The notes beneath the pieces are model-generated. The model was not told where the DNA came from, searched no databases, and worked only from the letters and a program-made list of their open reading frames with translations. Both the position numbers and the translations under genes were made by a program. A stretch of DNA of 31,551 nt from a bacterium (GTDB lineage Bacteria > UBA8248), in assembly GCA_965213685.1 (NCBI GenBank), contig CBDBZY010000034.1, forward strand, positions 1-31,551, written 5' to 3'. Of the stretch, positions 11,684 through 21,435 are shown in pieces. Position 1 is the stretch's first letter. The number at the start of each line of letters is the position of its first letter.

Positions 11684-13519
11684 TCATACGAACAGGATGC
11701 CATACCCGCATCGCCTCTCGATTCTCCAGGCCGCGCAAAGGGAGAAGCCCAGCAGCAGCGCGAGCCCGCTCGCCTGCGTCCATGTGCCGACAAGCATCGC
11801 GCCCAGCAGGAACATCGCGGAGAAGACAAACAGGCTCAGGGCGACCCACAGGCCGACGAGCGCGAGCACCGGTGCCGCGCGCCCGTCCGCACCGCGCACC
11901 CGGCCCCAGGCGCCCGGCGGCCGCACCTTTTCCCAGAAATTTCTCAGCACGTCCGCCCGGACGGGTCTGGAAAGAAAAGTCGCCGCCAGCATCGCCAGAA
12001 AGCCGACGCCCGCCTCTGCGGCCAGCAGCACGGGAAACGACGGCGGCTCCTCTCCTGCGTGCAGCACAACGGCCGTCGCGCCCGCGGCCAGCATCCCCGC
12101 GATTTCCGTCCAGGCGTTCGTCCGCCACCACAACCAGCGCAGGATCACCGGAAGGCCGAGGCCGGCTCCTAAGGACACGTTGAACTTCCACGCCCACTCC
12201 AGGCTGCTGATCCTGGACGCCACGGCAAACGCGCCGACCGACATCACCAGAACGCCGATGCGGCTGGCGATGATGACCTCCCGCTCCCTGGCGCCCCTGC
12301 GGACAAAGCGCGCATACACGTCGTTGACGAGATAGCTCGCGCCCCAGTTCAGGTGCGTGTCCACCGTGCTCATGAACGCGCCCAAAAGGCCCGCAATCGC
12401 CAGGCCCAGGACTCCCGCCGGCAGGAGATGTCCCATCAGGAGGGGATACGCCGCCTCCCGATCCGCCAGTATCCTGGCCTCCATCGTGCCGGGCAGGGCG
12501 TCCATCCCCCTTGGCACCAGAATCAGGCTCACCAGGCCGACGAGTATCCAGGGCCAGGGCCTCAGGACGTAATTTCCCACCGTGAACCAGAAAGCGCCCG
12601 CCTGGGCGTCCCTGGGCGTCCGCGCCGAGACCAGCCTTTGGCCGATGTAGCCTCCCCCGTCCGCGTTGTTGTGCGCCCACCAGACGACGAACAGGTAGAT
12701 GAGGATGACCTGCGCCCCCGCCCACGCCACGCCCTCGGGCGGCAAAAAGGAGAGGATGTCCGCCGCGCCCTTCGCGCCGTATATCTCCTGCAGCCTCGCG
12801 CCGATGCCGGATAGCCCGCCCACGGCGTCCACGGCATACCAGGCGAACAGGCAGCTCCCGGCCAGTGCGATGACGAACTGGAACAGATCGGTGAGCATCA
12901 CCCCGCGAATCCCGCCCGCACTCGAGTAGGCCGCTATCATGGCGACGAGCAGAACGACGGTGAGGCTCTCGTTGACGCTCCCCATCGTCAGGGCGGCGGG
13001 CCAGCTTCTCTCCACGGCCGCCCACAGCCCGGGAGGCAGAACCTCCTCCCACCGCAAAAACGGATTCGCTATCTTCGCCATGGCGCGAAACACCCAGCCC
13101 AGGACGATCAAATTCACGACGAGGGAGGCGTAGACGGCCTTGAAGCCCCGCAAAAAAGACCCGGGGCCGCTCCCGTATCGCAGCTCCAGGAGTTCGGCGT
13201 CCGTCACCACGCCCGCCTTTCGCCACAAGGGGGCGAAGAAGACCGCGACGCCTACGTTCCCGATGACCCAGGCCCACCAGAACCAGTTTCCGGAAATGCC
13301 CCGATTGGCGACGATGCCGGCCACGACGAGAGGCGTATCCGACGCGAACGTCGTCGCCACCATGGAGGTTCCTATCCACCACCAGGGGAGGCTGCGCTCG
13401 GCCACAAAATAGGAAGCCAGGCTTCTCGAGGCGGATCGGGAGGTCAGCGCCCCGACGCCCATGGCCAACGCGATGTACGCGAGGATGAACGACCAGTCCA
13501 ACGGCGAGAGCATAGTCAT
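11684..13519 (-). CDS. Sodium:solute symporter family protein
   Basis: YFVAERSLPWW, SMVATTFASDTPL, GVMLTDLFQF, AFMSTVDTHLNWGASYLVND. Confidence 0.93.
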   Translation of the reverse strand: MTMLSPLDWSFILAYIALAMGVGALTSRSASRSLASYFVAERSLPWWWIGTSMVATTFASDTPLVVAGIVANRGISGNWFWWAWVIGNVGVAVFFAPLWRKAGVVTDAELLELRYGSGPGSFLRGFKAVYASLVVNLIVLGWVFRAMAKIANPFLRWEEVLPPGLWAAVERSWPAALTMGSVNESLTVVLLVAMIAAYSSAGGIRGVMLTDLFQFVIALAGSCLFAWYAVDAVGGLSGIGARLQEIYGAKGAADILSFLPPEGVAWAGAQVILIYLFVVWWAHNNADGGGYIGQRLVSARTPRDAQAGAFWFTVGNYVLRPWPWILVGLVSLILVPRGMDALPGTMEARILADREAAYPLLMGHLLPAGVLGLAIAGLLGAFMSTVDTHLNWGASYLVNDVYARFVRRGAREREVIIASRIGVLVMSVGAFAVASRISSLEWAWKFNVSLGAGLGLPVILRWLWWRTNAWTEIAGMLAAGATAVVLHAGEEPPSFPVLLAAEAGVGFLAMLAATFLSRPVRADVLRNFWEKVRPPGAWGRVRGADGRAAPVLALVGLWVALSLFVFSAMFLLGAMLVGTWTQASGLALLLGFSLCAAWRIERRCGYGILFV

Positions 13520-13693
13520 TTTCCCGTAAGGGCGGGCGCTTCCCGTATCCTATCAGGGAAAGGAAAACGCGGCGCAACGGATTTTTGACGCCGCCTCCGG
13601 GCGACCCGCAGAGAAGCCCTCCCCGCTCGCACCCGGCGGCGGCCGGACCGGGGAGGGCGGCTGACCCCTCGTCTCTCGCCGCAGCGCGCGATC

Positions 13694-13728
13694 AAAAAAC
13701 GCCCCGCGACGAACCCCCCGGGGCGTTT
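13694..13728 (-). terminator. Intrinsic terminator after the Mo-hydroxylase gene
   Basis: Minus strand AAACGCCCCG...CGGGGCGTTTTTT. Confidence 0.65.
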
Positions 13729-13761
13729 CCTGTGGCGAGAGGCGCTGTGCGGCGCGTTCGC

Positions 13762-16011
13762 CTAGCCGCGCGCGCCATTCCCCCGGAGACGGCCCAGCGC
13801 CTCCATGACATGATCGGGGGTGATGGGTATGCGCGTGATGCGCGCGCCGATCGCCTGGCCAACCGCGCAGGCCACCGCCGCGGCCGCCGCCGTGCAGGGC
13901 GGCTCGCCGATTCCCTTGGCCCCGTAAGGCCCGAGCCCCTCGCCGGATTCGAATATGACGTTGTCCCACTCGGGCGTATCGACCGAGGTGGGAATGAGGT
14001 ATCCGTGAAACTCGTTGTTGAGCAGCGCGCCTTTTTGCGTGAGCACCTCCTCGGACAGGGCGTGGCCAACGCCCATCATCGCGCCGCCCTCGAACTGCCC
14101 CTCCACGTGCTGCACGTTGATGGCCTGGCCGACGTCATGGCCCGACCAGTAGTTGAGCACGCGAAGCTCGCCCGTCTCGACGTTCACCTCCGCCTCTGCG
14201 GCGTGCACGCCAAACACGTAATCCATCCAGCCGCCGGCGTCGCCATATTGCTCATTCCCCTCGAACTCGTGGACGCCTATCTTCATCTTGCCCACCGTGT
14301 GCAGGTCGACCCCCATCTTCTTGCAGTGGGCCACGGCCTCGACGAAATCAACGCCGCGCTCCTCGGCGGCCTTGACGAAAACCCTTCCGTCGCCAACGTC
14401 CAAATCCTCCGGCGCGACCTCGAGCAGCTCGGCGGCCCCCCGCAGCACCCTGTCCCGCAGCTCGGCCGCCGCCCGGTAGCAGGAGCCCCCCGAAATCATC
14501 GTCTGCCGGCTGCCGGCCGTCACCCCCACGAGCGGGGTGACGTGCGAGTCCGACATCGTCACCGTCACGTCCTCCAGACGGACGCCCAGGGCCTCCGCCG
14601 CGATCTGGCGATTCGTCTGCGTCTGGCCCGCACCGACGTCGGAGGCACCCGTGCGCACGCTCACGCTGCCGTCGGCGTCGATGGACACATACACCTCGCC
14701 CTCGTTGCGGGGCCTCCCATAGCCGCCCACATTCGCGACGACCCCGACGCCGGCGCGCCAGGGGCCGTGGTCTTTCTCCGGGGCGCGGCCCGCCGGGCGG
14801 CCGATGAGCGCCTTGATCGCCTCGGTCAGCTCGGGCAACATCACCCGCGAGGGCACGGGCTGGTTTTGCATGAGGGTCGCGCCCTTTGTGATGAAATTCC
14901 TCTCGCGAAACTCCAGGGGGCACATCCTCAGACGGTCCGCCAGCGCATCCATCTGCGCCTCGTAGGCGAAACACACCTGGTTCGCCCCCACCCCGCGCAT
15001 CGCCTCGGTGAAGGGGTTGTTCGTCCGCACCGCGCGGGAACGGCCCCTCGCGTTCGGAATCTCGTAGGGCCCGCCGCTCACGACGAGCGCACCCAGAAGC
15101 AGTCCCTTGCTGTTGGCCGCATATCCGCCCGCATCGCCGATGATGTCCACCTCTATCGCGGTGAGCTTTCCCTCTTTCGTGGCCCCGGTCTTGTAGCGCA
15201 TCAGGAAGGGATGCTTCTTGCTGCCGCTGTCCATGGTCTCTTCGCGCGAATAGGCCATGCGCACGGGCCGTCCCGTCCGGATGGCCAGCAACGCCATGAA
15301 GGCGCCCAGGAGCGGGTGCTCCTTCCCGCCGAAGGCCCCGCCCAGCATCGGGCATTCATATCGAACGCGGCTCAGCGGCAGGTCCAGCGTCCGCGCCACG
15401 TTCTGGTAGTTCTCTATCATCTGGGTGGGCACGCGGATGTTCACCACGCCGCGCTCGTCCACCCAGGCCACCCCGCCTTCCGGCTCGATGAACGCATGGT
15501 CGAGGCAGGCGGAAAAATAGGCGTTCTCCACGATCACGTCCGCCGCCTCGAAGCCGGCGGCCACGTCTCCCTTCTCCGTTTTCCAGTCGCAGACCACCTC
15601 CCCCTCCTCCAGGGAGGTGAAGTCGTACGCACCGGGCATCGGCTCATACGCGACGTCGACGAGTGCGGCCGCCTCCTCCGCCAGGTCCCGGGTATCCGCA
15701 GCCACGAGGGCTACCGCATCGCCGATGTCCACGACGACGTCCTCGGCGAGGACCGGAAAATCCGGATACCGCCCGGCGTTTTTCCCCGGAATGTCCTTCG
15801 CACTCAAGACACAATGCACGCCTGGCAGCGCGAGGGCCTTGCTCGCGTCTATCTTCTTGATTTTCGCCGGCGTCATCGACGCGCGAACGACCTTCCCGTA
15901 AATCTCGCCGGGCATATGGAAATCATCGCCATACACGGTATCGCCGACGACCTTCGCCAAGGCGTCGTCTTTTGTCGGCGACGTGCCGACATGCGTCATC
16001 CGAGCCATCAT
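13762..16011 (-). CDS. Xanthine dehydrogenase family molybdopterin-binding subunit
   Basis: Hammerhead N-terminus, HAFIEPE, PTQ, LGGAFGGK, AMRGVG, TAGSR, GAKGIGEP. Confidence 0.93.
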   Translation of the reverse strand: MMARMTHVGTSPTKDDALAKVVGDTVYGDDFHMPGEIYGKVVRASMTPAKIKKIDASKALALPGVHCVLSAKDIPGKNAGRYPDFPVLAEDVVVDIGDAVALVAADTRDLAEEAAALVDVAYEPMPGAYDFTSLEEGEVVCDWKTEKGDVAAGFEAADVIVENAYFSACLDHAFIEPEGGVAWVDERGVVNIRVPTQMIENYQNVARTLDLPLSRVRYECPMLGGAFGGKEHPLLGAFMALLAIRTGRPVRMAYSREETMDSGSKKHPFLMRYKTGATKEGKLTAIEVDIIGDAGGYAANSKGLLLGALVVSGGPYEIPNARGRSRAVRTNNPFTEAMRGVGANQVCFAYEAQMDALADRLRMCPLEFRERNFITKGATLMQNQPVPSRVMLPELTEAIKALIGRPAGRAPEKDHGPWRAGVGVVANVGGYGRPRNEGEVYVSIDADGSVSVRTGASDVGAGQTQTNRQIAAEALGVRLEDVTVTMSDSHVTPLVGVTAGSRQTMISGGSCYRAAAELRDRVLRGAAELLEVAPEDLDVGDGRVFVKAAEERGVDFVEAVAHCKKMGVDLHTVGKMKIGVHEFEGNEQYGDAGGWMDYVFGVHAAEAEVNVETGELRVLNYWSGHDVGQAINVQHVEGQFEGGAMMGVGHALSEEVLTQKGALLNNEFHGYLIPTSVDTPEWDNVIFESGEGLGPYGAKGIGEPPCTAAAAAVACAVGQAIGARITRIPITPDHVMEALGRLRGNGARG

Positions 16012-16035
16012 TCCCTCCAGGCAACACCCCGAAAA

Positions 16036-17034
16036 CTACCCGCGAACGGACGCCACCTCCACCACCTGCCCCGTGTTCGCGCTCCTCACAACCGCCTCCA
16101 GCACGGAGACGACCTCGAGCCCCTCCGGCCCGCCCGTTTCGGGAGTCGCCTCTCCCCGGATGCATCTGCAAAACTCATCCATCTCATCCGCCAGGGCGTC
16201 GCCGCCCACGACGTCGACCTCGCTCCGCGCCTCCTCGCCCGCCTTGGCCACATACAGCTTCGCGCCCTCCTCGACGCTGTAGGCCCGCATCTGCGTGCCG
16301 AAGGCCGCCGTATCGCAGATTTTGGGGACCACGAAAGAGGTTCCGATATAGCCCAACGGGCCGCTTTCATATTCGATGATGATGCTCGTCATGTCGTCGA
16401 GATTCGTTTTCCCCAGCAATTTTTTGCTGAACGCGCACACCCTTTTTGCGGCGCCGGCCAGATACTGCAAGTTATCGACCATGTGGACGCCAAGGCCCGT
16501 CATCGAGCCCGCCGGACACTCCTCGGCGTCATTGCGCCAGCCCTGCTTGGGCGCGAATCCCATGGGAAGCGAGAGGTTGGCCTCCACCTGGTGCAGCATC
16601 CCCAACGCGCCGCTGTCGATCATCTCCCGAATCTTCCGGTTCGCACCGAACCGGCGACGGTGATGCCCCACCTGCAGGGTTACGTTCGCACCCGAGGTCG
16701 CCTCCACCGCCTTTTTCGCCTCATCGGCGGTCAGGGTAAGCGGCTTTTCGACAAACACGTGCTTGCCGGCCGACGCCGCCTGGGAGATGATGTCGAGATG
16801 CGTGGAGTGAGGCGTCGCGATGAGGACGCCGTCCACCTCCGGGTCCTTCCATATGTCATCCAGGCTGGCCGCCGCCCGGCAACCGTATTTCTCGGCGAAC
16901 GCCTTGCGGGCGTCCTCACTGCGCGCGAAGCCCGCAACCACCTCGCCGGAACCACTCCGATTCAACGCATCCGCCAAAACGCCGGCCCACCAGCCAAGCC
17001 CGATAGAGGCGAGGCGCACCTTGTCCGTAGCCAT
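16036..17034 (-). CDS. Gfo/Idh/MocA family oxidoreductase
   Basis: IGLGWWA, IATPHSTH, GKHVFVEKPL, VGHHRR, LGVHMVD. Confidence 0.93.
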   Translation of the reverse strand: MATDKVRLASIGLGWWAGVLADALNRSGSGEVVAGFARSEDARKAFAEKYGCRAAASLDDIWKDPEVDGVLIATPHSTHLDIISQAASAGKHVFVEKPLTLTADEAKKAVEATSGANVTLQVGHHRRRFGANRKIREMIDSGALGMLHQVEANLSLPMGFAPKQGWRNDAEECPAGSMTGLGVHMVDNLQYLAGAAKRVCAFSKKLLGKTNLDDMTSIIIEYESGPLGYIGTSFVVPKICDTAAFGTQMRAYSVEEGAKLYVAKAGEEARSEVDVVGGDALADEMDEFCRCIRGEATPETGGPEGLEVVSVLEAVVRSANTGQVVEVASVRG

Positions 17035-17175
17035 GTTTGATCCCTCATTTCTGGAATGTGCGAATTCCCAACGCCTCGTAGACGCCGCGTAGCTCCCATG
17101 CGGGATTCACCATAACCCAACATGGTGCGATTGAAAACCGCGCGGGGGGCATGGCGTCGACGAAAATCGAGCCCC

Positions 17176-17206
17176 AAAAAAAATCTCCCCCCCTTGCGGG
17201 GAGGAG
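17176..17206 (-). terminator. Intrinsic terminator
   Basis: 9-bp stem, GCAA tetraloop, U8 tail. Confidence 0.8.
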
Positions 17207-17330
17207 GTTCTCGCGGGGAGGATGCGTGCGAGGGGTATGATGGCGTGGCGGAGGAGCGCCGACCCAATCAGCGACTCCTCGCGCCGGCCGACCAGGTCGT
17301 GCCGCCTATGAACGCCCTGACCAGCGCTCC
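17176..17330 (-). ncRNA. Candidate sigma54-dependent small RNA (~155 nt), family not recognised
   Basis: Predicted +1 at 17330 from the -24/-12 promoter; successive hairpins; ends in CTCCTCCCC-GCAA-GGGGGGGAG + A + T8; no credible ORF. Confidence 0.65.
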
Positions 17331-17340
17331 TCACAAAGGA

Positions 17341-17356
17341 AGCAAACGCCGTGCCA
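17341..17356 (-). promoter_or_regulatory. Sigma54 (-24/-12) promoter
   Basis: Minus strand TGGCACG-GCGT-TTGCT, an exact match to TGGCACG-N4-TTGCW. Confidence 0.85.
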
Positions 17357-17383
17357 TTTTGCTTGAATTGACAACCCCTTTTA

Positions 17384-17465
17384 TATCAACAAGATAGAAG
17401 GACACAGCAAAGATGGAATTGTCATTTTGTCATATGCGGGATGCGGAGCGTGACAAATTGTCACG
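17384..17465. promoter_or_regulatory. IHF-like site plus two putative enhancer (UAS) sites for a bEBP
   Basis: TATCAACAAGATA (17384-17396, one mismatch to WATCAANNNNTTR); TGTCATTTTGTCA (17420-17432) and palindrome CGTGACAAATTGTCACG (17449-17465), cores 31 bp apart. Confidence 0.6.
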
Positions 17466-17501
17466 GCGCGCCGTCATGAGTCCGGGCGGAATCTCCCGTT
17501 T

Positions 17502-18110
17502 TTACCTGGAGCGGGACGCCTTGTCGGGGAACGCTGCGAACGCACCCTGGACGGCGGCTCTCATCTCATCCCCCTGGGAAAGTACCGTGGCTGCGCGGCC
17601 CTCCGACCTCCACAACTCCTCCCCGGTGCCGACATCGAGCAGAAGGACGCGCACCGTCGCCGCGCACGAGTCCACGTCGCCACACCGGCGGCCGCCCCCC
17701 GCGAGCATGACGGCTCCCGCACCGGCGTCTCTGAGCGAACGCAGAAGGGCTTTCGGCACCTTGCCTCCCGGGCGCGGCGAATCGCCCAACGCGCCGCCCT
17801 TCCATTCTCCTCGCAACGCAACGGCTTCATAGCCTTTGGCGGCGATGGCGTCGCGAATCAAGAACGTTCCCTCTATCGACTCGATCTTCCTGCCTTCGGG
17901 GACTTTCAGGCCCGCTCTCCTGTAGATGTCGCGGAAAAGCCCCGTCCAATCGCTCGAATACCGAAACGGGGCGATGGCGATGCGCTGAAGCGTCCGTATT
18001 TTCTCCGGCCTGGAGACGCCCTGCGTCCCGGAAACGCCATAGGCGCAACCCGAAATCAGGACGAGAGAGAAAACGAGCCGGCAAGCCCGGCATCGCGTCA
18101 CGAAAGCCAT
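17502..18110 (-). CDS. Putative lipoprotein of unknown function
   Basis: MAFVTRCRACRLVFSLVLISG/C lipobox; RIAIAPF and VRVLLLDVGTGEELW resemble CsgG/LpoB-like alpha/beta lipoproteins. Confidence 0.65.
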   Translation of the reverse strand: MAFVTRCRACRLVFSLVLISGCAYGVSGTQGVSRPEKIRTLQRIAIAPFRYSSDWTGLFRDIYRRAGLKVPEGRKIESIEGTFLIRDAIAAKGYEAVALRGEWKGGALGDSPRPGGKVPKALLRSLRDAGAGAVMLAGGGRRCGDVDSCAATVRVLLLDVGTGEELWRSEGRAATVLSQGDEMRAAVQGAFAAFPDKASRSR

Positions 18111-18114
18111 GCGC

Positions 18115-18838
18115 TCAGGAGCCCGTCCAGCAGGATCCGCCCCATCCAGCCAAAGAAAAACGCATACGCCCCCCAACTCTCTCCGCCAGAATGGACTTGC
18201 CGTAGGAAACCGCCGCGCCCCAGCCCCCCGTCGCGGCGAGCGCCGCGCCGCCCACAAAAACCATGCCCCCGAAAAAGATGAGCGCCAGGGAGAAAACGCG
18301 CCCGCCGCGCGCGATGTCGGGCTGGGAGGCGCCCAGGGCGCGGAGAGTCATGAGCACGTGCAGGCAGAGCGTCAGGCCGGAGAAAAACGCCGTCGCCCAA
18401 CGAATCTGCCGGTGGCCGAACCCCCAGCCGATCAGCGTGCCCAGAATCAACACCACCACCGTCAAAAGAGGGAAAAAATAGGGCGCCAGGGTGATGAGGG
18501 GGTTCGTGCCGCTCAGGGCCACCTTCCCGCTCCCGCGCGCCACCTCAAAGCGGCTCACCCTCTTTCCCGAGAGCAGGGCAAACACGAGATGCGTGAACTC
18601 ATGCGCGAAAGCGTAGAGAAACGCGGGCGGCCAGAATCGATGCCAGACGACATACGCCGCGGCCCCCAGGAGGAAGGCCCAGCCCTCCGGTGCGGGAAGG
18701 CGCGGGTGGGCGCCCGCCCCCTCCGGGAGAAAAGCGGCCGGGAGCATCCGGCAGAACGAGAGGGGCCGCCGCCCAGCAGGCGGGCAGAAGAAACGCGGCG
18801 GCCATCCAGGCCAGAGGCCGGTACAACATAGCTATCAT
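18115..18838 (-). CDS. M50B-like membrane metallopeptidase, +1 frameshift near 18762-18765
   Basis: FAHEFTH (HExxH), ITLAPYFFP, QPDI, several TM segments; the hydrophobic N-terminus lies in the adjacent frame. Confidence 0.72.
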
Positions 18839-19055
18839 ATGCGCTCTCGACGTTTCGCGTCCGCACCGGAAATCATAGCCCTCCCCGCGGCCCATCCACA
18901 ACGAAAGGCCGCCGCGAGGCGCGCGGGGGCATCAGAGGCGAGGCGCTCGCGGGCCAGACGAGCCGGAAATCTCTCCGGGGTCGGCGTGGCCCGTCGCCAC
19001 GGGAGGGGAGGGGGGGCGAATGGCGGGTGTGCGCGGACGGGAAGCCGGACGTTCG

Positions 19056-20077
19056 CTATGGCCGCTCGGCCTTCGGCGGCCTTGACATCAGGGAGGCCAA
19101 CGCATCTTCTGTGTTGCGGCCATCAAACAATATGGCGTTGACCTCCCGGCACAGGGGCATATCCACGCCAAACGCATCCGCCAGCCCCACGGCGGCGGGG
19201 GCCGTGGACACCCCCTCGGCGACGGCCGTCATGGACGCCAGGATTTTCTCCAACGGCTCGCCTCTGCCCAGCCGCAGGCCCACGGTCCTGTTTCTGCTCA
19301 AATCGCCCGTGCACGTGAGCACCAGGTCTCCCATTCCCGCGAGGCCTGCGAACGTCTCGGCCTTCGCGCCCATCGCCAGGCCGAGGCGCGTGATTTCCGC
19401 CAGGCCGCGCACGATGAGCGCCGTCCGCGCGTTATGGCCAAGCTCCATGCCGTCGGAGACGCCCGCCGCCACGGCGATGACGTTCTTGAGCGCCCCGCCC
19501 AGCTGCGCGCCGGTGGGGTCCGCGCCCGTGTACACCCGGAAATGGGGGACGGAAAACGCCTCCTGAATCACCTGCGCCGCATCGGAGTCCTCCGACGCCG
19601 CCGTGATGGCCGTGGGCTTTCTTTCCGCGAGCTCGCGGGCGAACGTAGGTCCCGAGAGGCAAGCGAGCGCGCCCCGCTCCCTGCCCGCCGCACGGACGCA
19701 CTCGGAGATAATCCGGGTGGGCAGGCACAGGGTATTCTCCTCCACGCCCTTGGTCGCGCTCGCGAGGATCGCCCCCCTCGTGCACCGAGGGCGCCAGCCG
19801 CGTCCACACCCCCCGCACCACGTGGCTCGGCATCACGCTCACGAGAATGTCCTGGCCCGCCGAGGCCGCCTCCGCCAAATCGGACGTGAAGCGCAAGTTT
19901 TCATGGAGGGGGGACGCCCGGCAGATACATCGGATTTTCACGGCGCGACGCCATGCGAGCGCAAAGGTCCGCCTCAAAAACCCACAGCGCGACCTCATGG
20001 CCGGCGGCGGAAAGCAAATCCGCCAGCGCCGTCCCCCAGGCGCCCGCGCCTATCACCGAAATCCGCCGCAGCGTCAT
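19056..20077 (-). CDS. gpsA: NAD(P)H-dependent glycerol-3-phosphate dehydrogenase, two +1 frameshifts (~19910, ~19775)
   Basis: [66 protein letters not shown]; ATG overlaps the upstream TAA (TAATG). Confidence 0.93.
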
Positions 20078-20628
20078 TATTTCGCGCGCCCCGCTTTTTC
20101 CCGGGACGCGGCTCTTTTCTCCTCCAACGCTCGCTTTCTGGCCATATCTCCCTCGGCCACGGCTTTTTTGCCCTCAGCCGTCCTCGCCTCCCATTCCAGT
20201 TCGTGCTGGAGCAGCGCATCCTCCTCCCAGACGTGCTGCGTGCCATCGCCCATGAACACGACGAACACCTCGCACCCGTCGGGGTACTCATAAGGGCCAT
20301 GCGGCAAATCCCACCCGAAAACATAATCGCCCGGCCGCAAATCCTTGCCCGCCACGCACATCCTGCCCTGGGTCACCAAAATGGAGTGCCAGCTCTTGTG
20401 CGTATGCCGGGGCTCCACGTAGCCCTTGGGAAATTTCACCTTCATGTCGATGCGCTTCATCACCGGGTCGTGGGCGAAAATCTTCACCTTCACCCCTTTC
20501 GGCAAGGTGAGGAGGTCGGTGGTCACGTCCTCGCGCCACTCGACGTCTTTGTCATGGATCGCGCGGAAGCGGTGGTCAAAATCTTCTGGGGGAGTCGTTT
20601 CCCCGGTTGTTTTCTTTTCCGCAGGCAT
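20077..20628 (-). CDS. Cupin-domain protein (ChrR-like cupin)
   Basis: [12 protein letters not shown]...[14 protein letters not shown]; GGGAG RBS before MPAEKK. Confidence 0.75.
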   Translation of the reverse strand: MPAEKKTTGETTPPEDFDHRFRAIHDKDVEWREDVTTDLLTLPKGVKVKIFAHDPVMKRIDMKVKFPKGYVEPRHTHKSWHSILVTQGRMCVAGKDLRPGDYVFGWDLPHGPYEYPDGCEVFVVFMGDGTQHVWEEDALLQHELEWEARTAEGKKAVAEGDMARKRALEEKRAASREKAGRAK

Positions 20629-20693
20629 GTTTTCTCCCAAATAATGAAGAGTCCCGAAACTTTCACGGCGGGGGCTGCGATGGGCGGATGGGC

Positions 20694-21365
20694 CTATTCG
20701 TTGAGCGCGAAAATCCGGGAAGCGATATCGCGGCCCAACACGTGCTCATCGCCATTCACCAGCAGCCTCACCGTGCCGGCGAGAGGCGATTGCTCTATGA
20801 CTTCGATGGGCACTTCCGGGAAGAAACCGAGTTTGCCCAGGTATCGCAAGACATTCGGGTCATCCTGCAGGACGCGCGTGATTTTTGTGGCCCGGCCCGC
20901 CTCGAGAGCGACGAGAACGATTTCTTTCGTGTCGATCATGGTGCCGTCTTTTGCGGGAATCGGATCGCCGTGGGGGTCCAGGGTAGGATAGCCTAGCGCC
21001 TTGTCCAGAATGGCCTCCAGCTCATCGCTCAACACGTGCTCCAGCTCTTCCGCCTCCACATCCACCTTGTCCCAGTCAATGCCCATCTTCTGGTTGAGAT
21101 ACAACTCGAGCAACCGGTGATGCCTGATGATTTCCAGAGCGACCTTCTCCCCTTTTCTGCTGAGAACAACCCCCTTATACGGCGTATATGCGAGCAGACC
21201 CAGATGGTGGAGCTTCTTGAACATGCTCGTCACCGACGCCGCCGACACCTCCATGCACTCGGCGATGGCTCTCGTCGAGACGGGAGACGCCTCCTGCTGG
21301 AGCTTGAAGATATTTTTCAGATAATCCTCAATCTGCTTGCTCAAGCGGGGCGCGGACTCGGACAA
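20694..21365 (-). CDS. DtxR/MntR family metal-dependent transcriptional regulator with FeoA-like C-terminal domain
   Basis: EDYLKNIF, VSAASVTSMFKKL, IIRHHRLLELYL, EAEELEHVLS, DPHGDPIP. Confidence 0.94.
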   Translation of the reverse strand: MSESAPRLSKQIEDYLKNIFKLQQEASPVSTRAIAECMEVSAASVTSMFKKLHHLGLLAYTPYKGVVLSRKGEKVALEIIRHHRLLELYLNQKMGIDWDKVDVEAEELEHVLSDELEAILDKALGYPTLDPHGDPIPAKDGTMIDTKEIVLVALEAGRATKITRVLQDDPNVLRYLGKLGFFPEVPIEVIEQSPLAGTVRLLVNGDEHVLGRDIASRIFALNE

Positions 21366-21406
21366 GGAACCACCCTCTCATCGATTGTTTCACATCAAGG
21401 AGAAGA

Positions 21407-21435
21407 ATCCTAAAATCAGCGTTCTCCGGTGTCAA
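21407..21435 (-). promoter_or_regulatory. Sigma70 promoter for the DtxR/MntR gene
   Basis: Minus strand TTGACA-17 bp-TAGGAT. Confidence 0.65.

Noticed and set aside
13585-17040. 1151-aa plus-strand ORF and other long antisense ORFs (e.g. 24113-25765, 21429-23297, 7346-8692)
   Set aside because: Shadows of well-supported genes on the opposite strand, expected in high-GC DNA.
17198-17207. CCUCCUCCC as a cuckoo-family sRNA motif
   Set aside because: It lies in the terminator stem rather than in repeated hairpin loops.
17107-17397. ORFs of 75 aa (-) and 91 aa (+) in the sRNA region
   Set aside because: No RBS-supported start or protein-like composition; the minus ORF begins upstream of the predicted TSS and crosses the terminator.
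19056-20077. gpsA, res, lhr and tonB as true pseudogenes or programmed frameshifts
   Set aside because: The uniform +1 homopolymer pattern without nonsense codons points to sequencing error.
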